Below, piece by piece: positions 60,943 through 64,000 of a stretch of DNA of 64,000 bases (position 1 is the first letter of the stretch; every line of letters begins with the position of its first letter). Both the position numbers and the translations under genes were made by a program. The notes below the pieces were generated by a model that searched no databases, was not told where the DNA came from, and was given only the letters and a program-made list of their open reading frames with translations. The stretch is from an uncultured Spirochaetota bacterium. GTDB taxonomy: Bacteria; Spirochaetota; Spirochaetia; SZUA-6; Fen-1364. The stretch covers positions 128,001 through 192,000 of the forward strand of contig CAWGAA010000003.1 of the NCBI GenBank assembly GCA_963820525.1. Reading direction: 5' to 3'.

Positions 60943-60992
60943 ATATTGTTTTGAATATTCACCAATATGCGAAGAGAAGGAACCGGAGTCAA
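60943..60992 (-). promoter_or_regulatory. sigma70 promoter with overlapping palindromic operator for the MFS gene
   Basis: Minus strand TTGACT-N17-CATATT; ATATTG..TGAATATTCA..CAATAT dyad at 60943-60968. Confidence 0.65.
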
Positions 60993-61007
60993 TGGTTTTC
61001 TAAAGAA

Positions 61008-62593
61008 TCAATCCGCGGCTGAGGGCACATGCGCGCCTGAGCATTCGAACCAGTCGAAGTCAGCCGGGCTTGAGCACTCGCGCCCGTTGCCCGTCGCGTA
61101 CATCCCCATGGTGACTCCCGTGAATCCGCCCGCCGCTTCGGACGATAGATCCAAGGTTTCCGCCGTTCCCAGTCCGGTCTTCTCCCCGTCGACAGGCCGG
61201 TAGAAGAAGCTGTAGCTTCGTGGAGAGCAATCCACGGACAGGACGACGTCACTGCGGCCAAGCTCGCGCCCGGCCTTCTCGACAGTCACCCCATTCACGG
61301 TCGTCCTGAAGAATACCCGCCGTCCCCCCGCGCCCGCCGTGATTCCGATCTCGTAGTGGAATTTCTCGTTTGCGCGAAGGACAATCCCGGCCTCCTCGCT
61401 TGCGCTGCGCGGGTCGAAGGAGACGCGCGCCGAGACGCTGCACGCAAGGTGTGTCTGCCGGCGCGCGACGAATGCGGGCGAATCCTGGTGATTCAGGCTC
61501 ACGGGGGAGCCCCAGAGCCGCAGGTGCCCCGGTCTCTCGCAGAGAGAGTAGTCTCTCTCCTTTGGGTTTCTTATGAAAATCCACTGAAGGCCGAGCACGG
61601 CATCATTGAAATCGTCTCTCGCCGGCTCCTGCGGGCAGGGGCATTGGGGAAGGCGCGGCGAGGGCATGGAAAGCTCGATTGTGCCGTTTCCATTGACTAC
61701 GGGCCAGCCTTCCCTCGACCAGCGCACGGGCGCCAGGCAGGTTTCACGGCCGATGAAGTGGAAGCGGGCGGCCGCCCCCCCTGGGGCCTGATTCCCAGGC
61801 ACACCAGCCACGTGCCGTCAGGTGTCTCGACCATGTCCGCGTGGCCGAGGGCCTGGAGGGGATGACCGGGGCGTCCGCGATGCGTGAGGATGGGATTGGC
61901 TGGATTCGCGACGAACGGCCCCCACGGGGAATCGCTTCGGGCGATTGTCTCCCTGTGCCCGTAGCTCGTCCCGCCTTCAGCGATCATGAGATAGTATTTC
62001 CCGCCCACCTTGTACATGTGCGGCCCTTCAGGCCAGACCCCGCCCGTCCCCCTCCACAGCTCCCGCAAGCCGCCTTCCAGCGAGCCCGTCTCAAGGTTCA
62101 GCCGTGACTGAACGATGGCGCCGTCTCCCATGCCTTCGTGGCGGGTGTAGTAGCACGTTCCATCATCGTCAAAGAAGAGGGAGGGATCGATGCCGTCCGC
62201 ATCCAGCCAGACCGGCTCCGACCAGGGGCCTGCCGGGTCCCTGGCCGTGACAGAGAAGTTGCCCCTGGGACGGGCCGCCGCACCGTCCCCTCCATCAACG
62301 AGCGTCGTCACCATGATGAAGGTGCCGTCGTGGAAGCGAAGCGTTGGAGCGTAGATGCCGCCGGAGGATCTTATGCCGCCGAGGGCGAGCTGGCTCCTGC
62401 GCGTCAGGCAGTGGCCGATCTGGCGCCAGTGGACGAGGTCCCTGCTGTGGAACACGGGCACGCCCGGGAAATACTCGAAGGTGCTCGTGACCAGGTAGTA
62501 GTCGTCGCCGGCGCGGCAGATGCTGGGATCCGGATAGAAGCCGGTGATGATGGGGTTGGAGAACTCTCCGCCCCTGGGACTGCGCTGCGCCAT
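61008..62593 (-). CDS. GH43 beta-xylosidase/arabinofuranosidase, frameshift at the C-run near 61775-61780
   Basis: NPIITGFYPDPSICR, STFEYFPG, GIYAP, GIDPSLF, WPEGPH, GHAD; then GRETCL and a C-terminal domain with GGFTG. Confidence 0.9.
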
Positions 62594-62813
62594 GGGTATC
62601 CTTTACTCCATGATGGATCGAGATTCAACCGTCGCGGCGGCCCGCCCTGGATCCAAGGCATCCTCTCCCGAAAGTATACGGCCCGAGGTGCAGCATGGAA
62701 TCAGTGAAACCACCTATGCGCCTCTTCGAGGAGACGGTGGAGGCATAGGCGATTACACCGATGGACGGCGGATACCTCCCGAACTATTCTCCAGGGAAGG
62801 CAGGCCCGACATC

Positions 62814-64000
62814 TTGAGCATTACTGCGAATGAGAGAATCACGAGATACAGGACGGCAGCCGCAACTCTCAAATTCATGAAGCGGGATGGCACGCCCCTG
62901 GCCGGCCGGACGCTGTCCATTGCCCAGAAAAGCCACCACTTCCTTTTTGGGTGCAATGGCTTTCCCATCATCGCGCTGGTCAATGGCGAGCTTGAGGGCG
63001 GAGAAAAGGAGCGTGCCGAGAAGGCTCTGGACAGTTTCATGAAGCTTTTCAACTTCGTGACGCTTCCCTTCTATTGGGGCCAGTTCGAGCCGCGGCAGGG
63101 ACACACGGCCACCGACAGAATACGCGCCGCCGCCAGGTGGTTTCGAGACCGCGGGCTGCTCGTGAAAGGCCATACCCTCTGCTGGCATACCCTCGCCCCG
63201 GATTGGCTCCTGGCCATGGATAACGCCGAAATCCTTCGGGCCCAGCGAAACCGGATCAAACGGGAGGTTTCCCGCTTTGGCGGGCTGATCGACATGTGGG
63301 ACGTCATAAACGAAGCCGTCATCATGCCGGTGTTCGCCAGGTACGATAATGGAATCACGCGGATCGCGAGAGAGCTGGGACGGACGAAAACCATCAAAAC
63401 GATGTTCGACGAGGCAAGAGCCGCCAACCCGTCGGCCGTTTTGCTGATAAACGATTTCGACGTCTCGCCCGCCTATGACATCCTCATCGAAGCGTGCCTG
63501 GAGGCGGGTGTAAAGATCGATGTAATCGGAATCCAATCCCACATGCACCAGGGTTATTGGGGAGCGGAGAAGACGTTGAAGGTCCTGGAACAGTTCGAAA
63601 GATTCAACCTGCCCATTCACTTCTCGGAAAGCACCATCGTTTCGGGAAGGCTCATGCCTCCCGATATCGTAGACCTCAATGACTATCGCTCCGACCACTG
63701 GCCCAGCACGGCGGAAGGCGAGGAGCGTCAAGCCCGCGAAGTGCTCCTGCACTACGAGACTCTCTTTTCGCATCCCCTTGTTTCAGGCATCTCGTGGTGG
63801 GATTTTTCGGATGGGCAATGGCTTGCCGCACCCTCCGGCCTGATTCGAAAGGACGCCTCCGTGAAGCCCGCCTACGAAGAGCTCCTGAAGATGGTAAAGA
63901 AGGAATGGTGGATGGCCCCCGCGCAATTCACAACCGATGCGGAAGGACGTGTTCAGTTCAGCGGATTTTTCGGTGAATACGAGGTGAGTCTCGCGGAAAA
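62814..64000 (+). CDS. GH10 endo-1,4-beta-xylanase-like protein, runs off the window end (absent from the ORF track)
   Basis: Manual translation from TTG 62814: HHFLFGC, LPFYWGQFEP, KGHTLCWH, WDVINE, IGIQSHMHQG, IHFSE, WWDF, KPAYEEL. Confidence 0.9.
   Translation, partial: MSITANERITRYRTAAATLKFMKRDGTPLAGRTLSIAQKSHHFLFGCNGFPIIALVNGELEGGEKERAEKALDSFMKLFNFVTLPFYWGQFEPRQGHTATDRIRAAARWFRDRGLLVKGHTLCWHTLAPDWLLAMDNAEILRAQRNRIKREVSRFGGLIDMWDVINEAVIMPVFARYDNGITRIARELGRTKTIKTMFDEARAANPSAVLLINDFDVSPAYDILIEACLEAGVKIDVIGIQSHMHQGYWGAEKTLKVLEQFERFNLPIHFSESTIVSGRLMPPDIVDLNDYRSDHWPSTAEGEERQAREVLLHYETLFSHPLVSGISWWDFSDGQWLAAPSGLIRKDASVKPAYEELLKMVKKEWWMAPAQFTTDAEGRVQFSGFFGEYEVSLAE

Overview
GC-rich (roughly 65% by eye) bacterial chromosomal window. 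The gene repertoire (cytoplasmic LacI-type-sensor kinase, LA_2272-like repeats, style of the MalQ/NFACT/Pyk proteins) suggests an uncultured Spirochaetia, but that is inference. About 58 genes or gene remnants. Carbohydrate use: malQ and a GH13, a sugar ABC transporter with a two-component system, GH3, GH1, GH43, GH10, xylB, pyk. Also a MacAB-type exporter, an RRE-like/MEMO1 gene with an M16 peptidase pair, type II pantothenate kinase, cytochrome c biogenesis system II, an archaeal/monoderm-type dnaK-dnaJ pair, a non-canonical HisD, folC, a macrodomain, NFACT and a Tet(L)/(K)-like MFS pump. No rRNA, tRNA, CRISPR array or mobile element was recognised. Many genes carry single-base frameshifts, often at homopolymers (probably long-read error), and a few carry internal deletions. 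The best candidate for an undescribed system is at 37.2-42.1 kb: ECF sigma factor, membrane anti-sigma with a periplasmic domain, an exported caspase-family protease fused to beta-helix repeats and a beta-barrel-like tail, and small OM proteins. The protease linker (TRTKGG) and the anti-sigma juxtamembrane segment (TRVKGG) share a motif, which suggests caspase-gated trans-envelope signalling. All family calls come from motif recognition without database searches.
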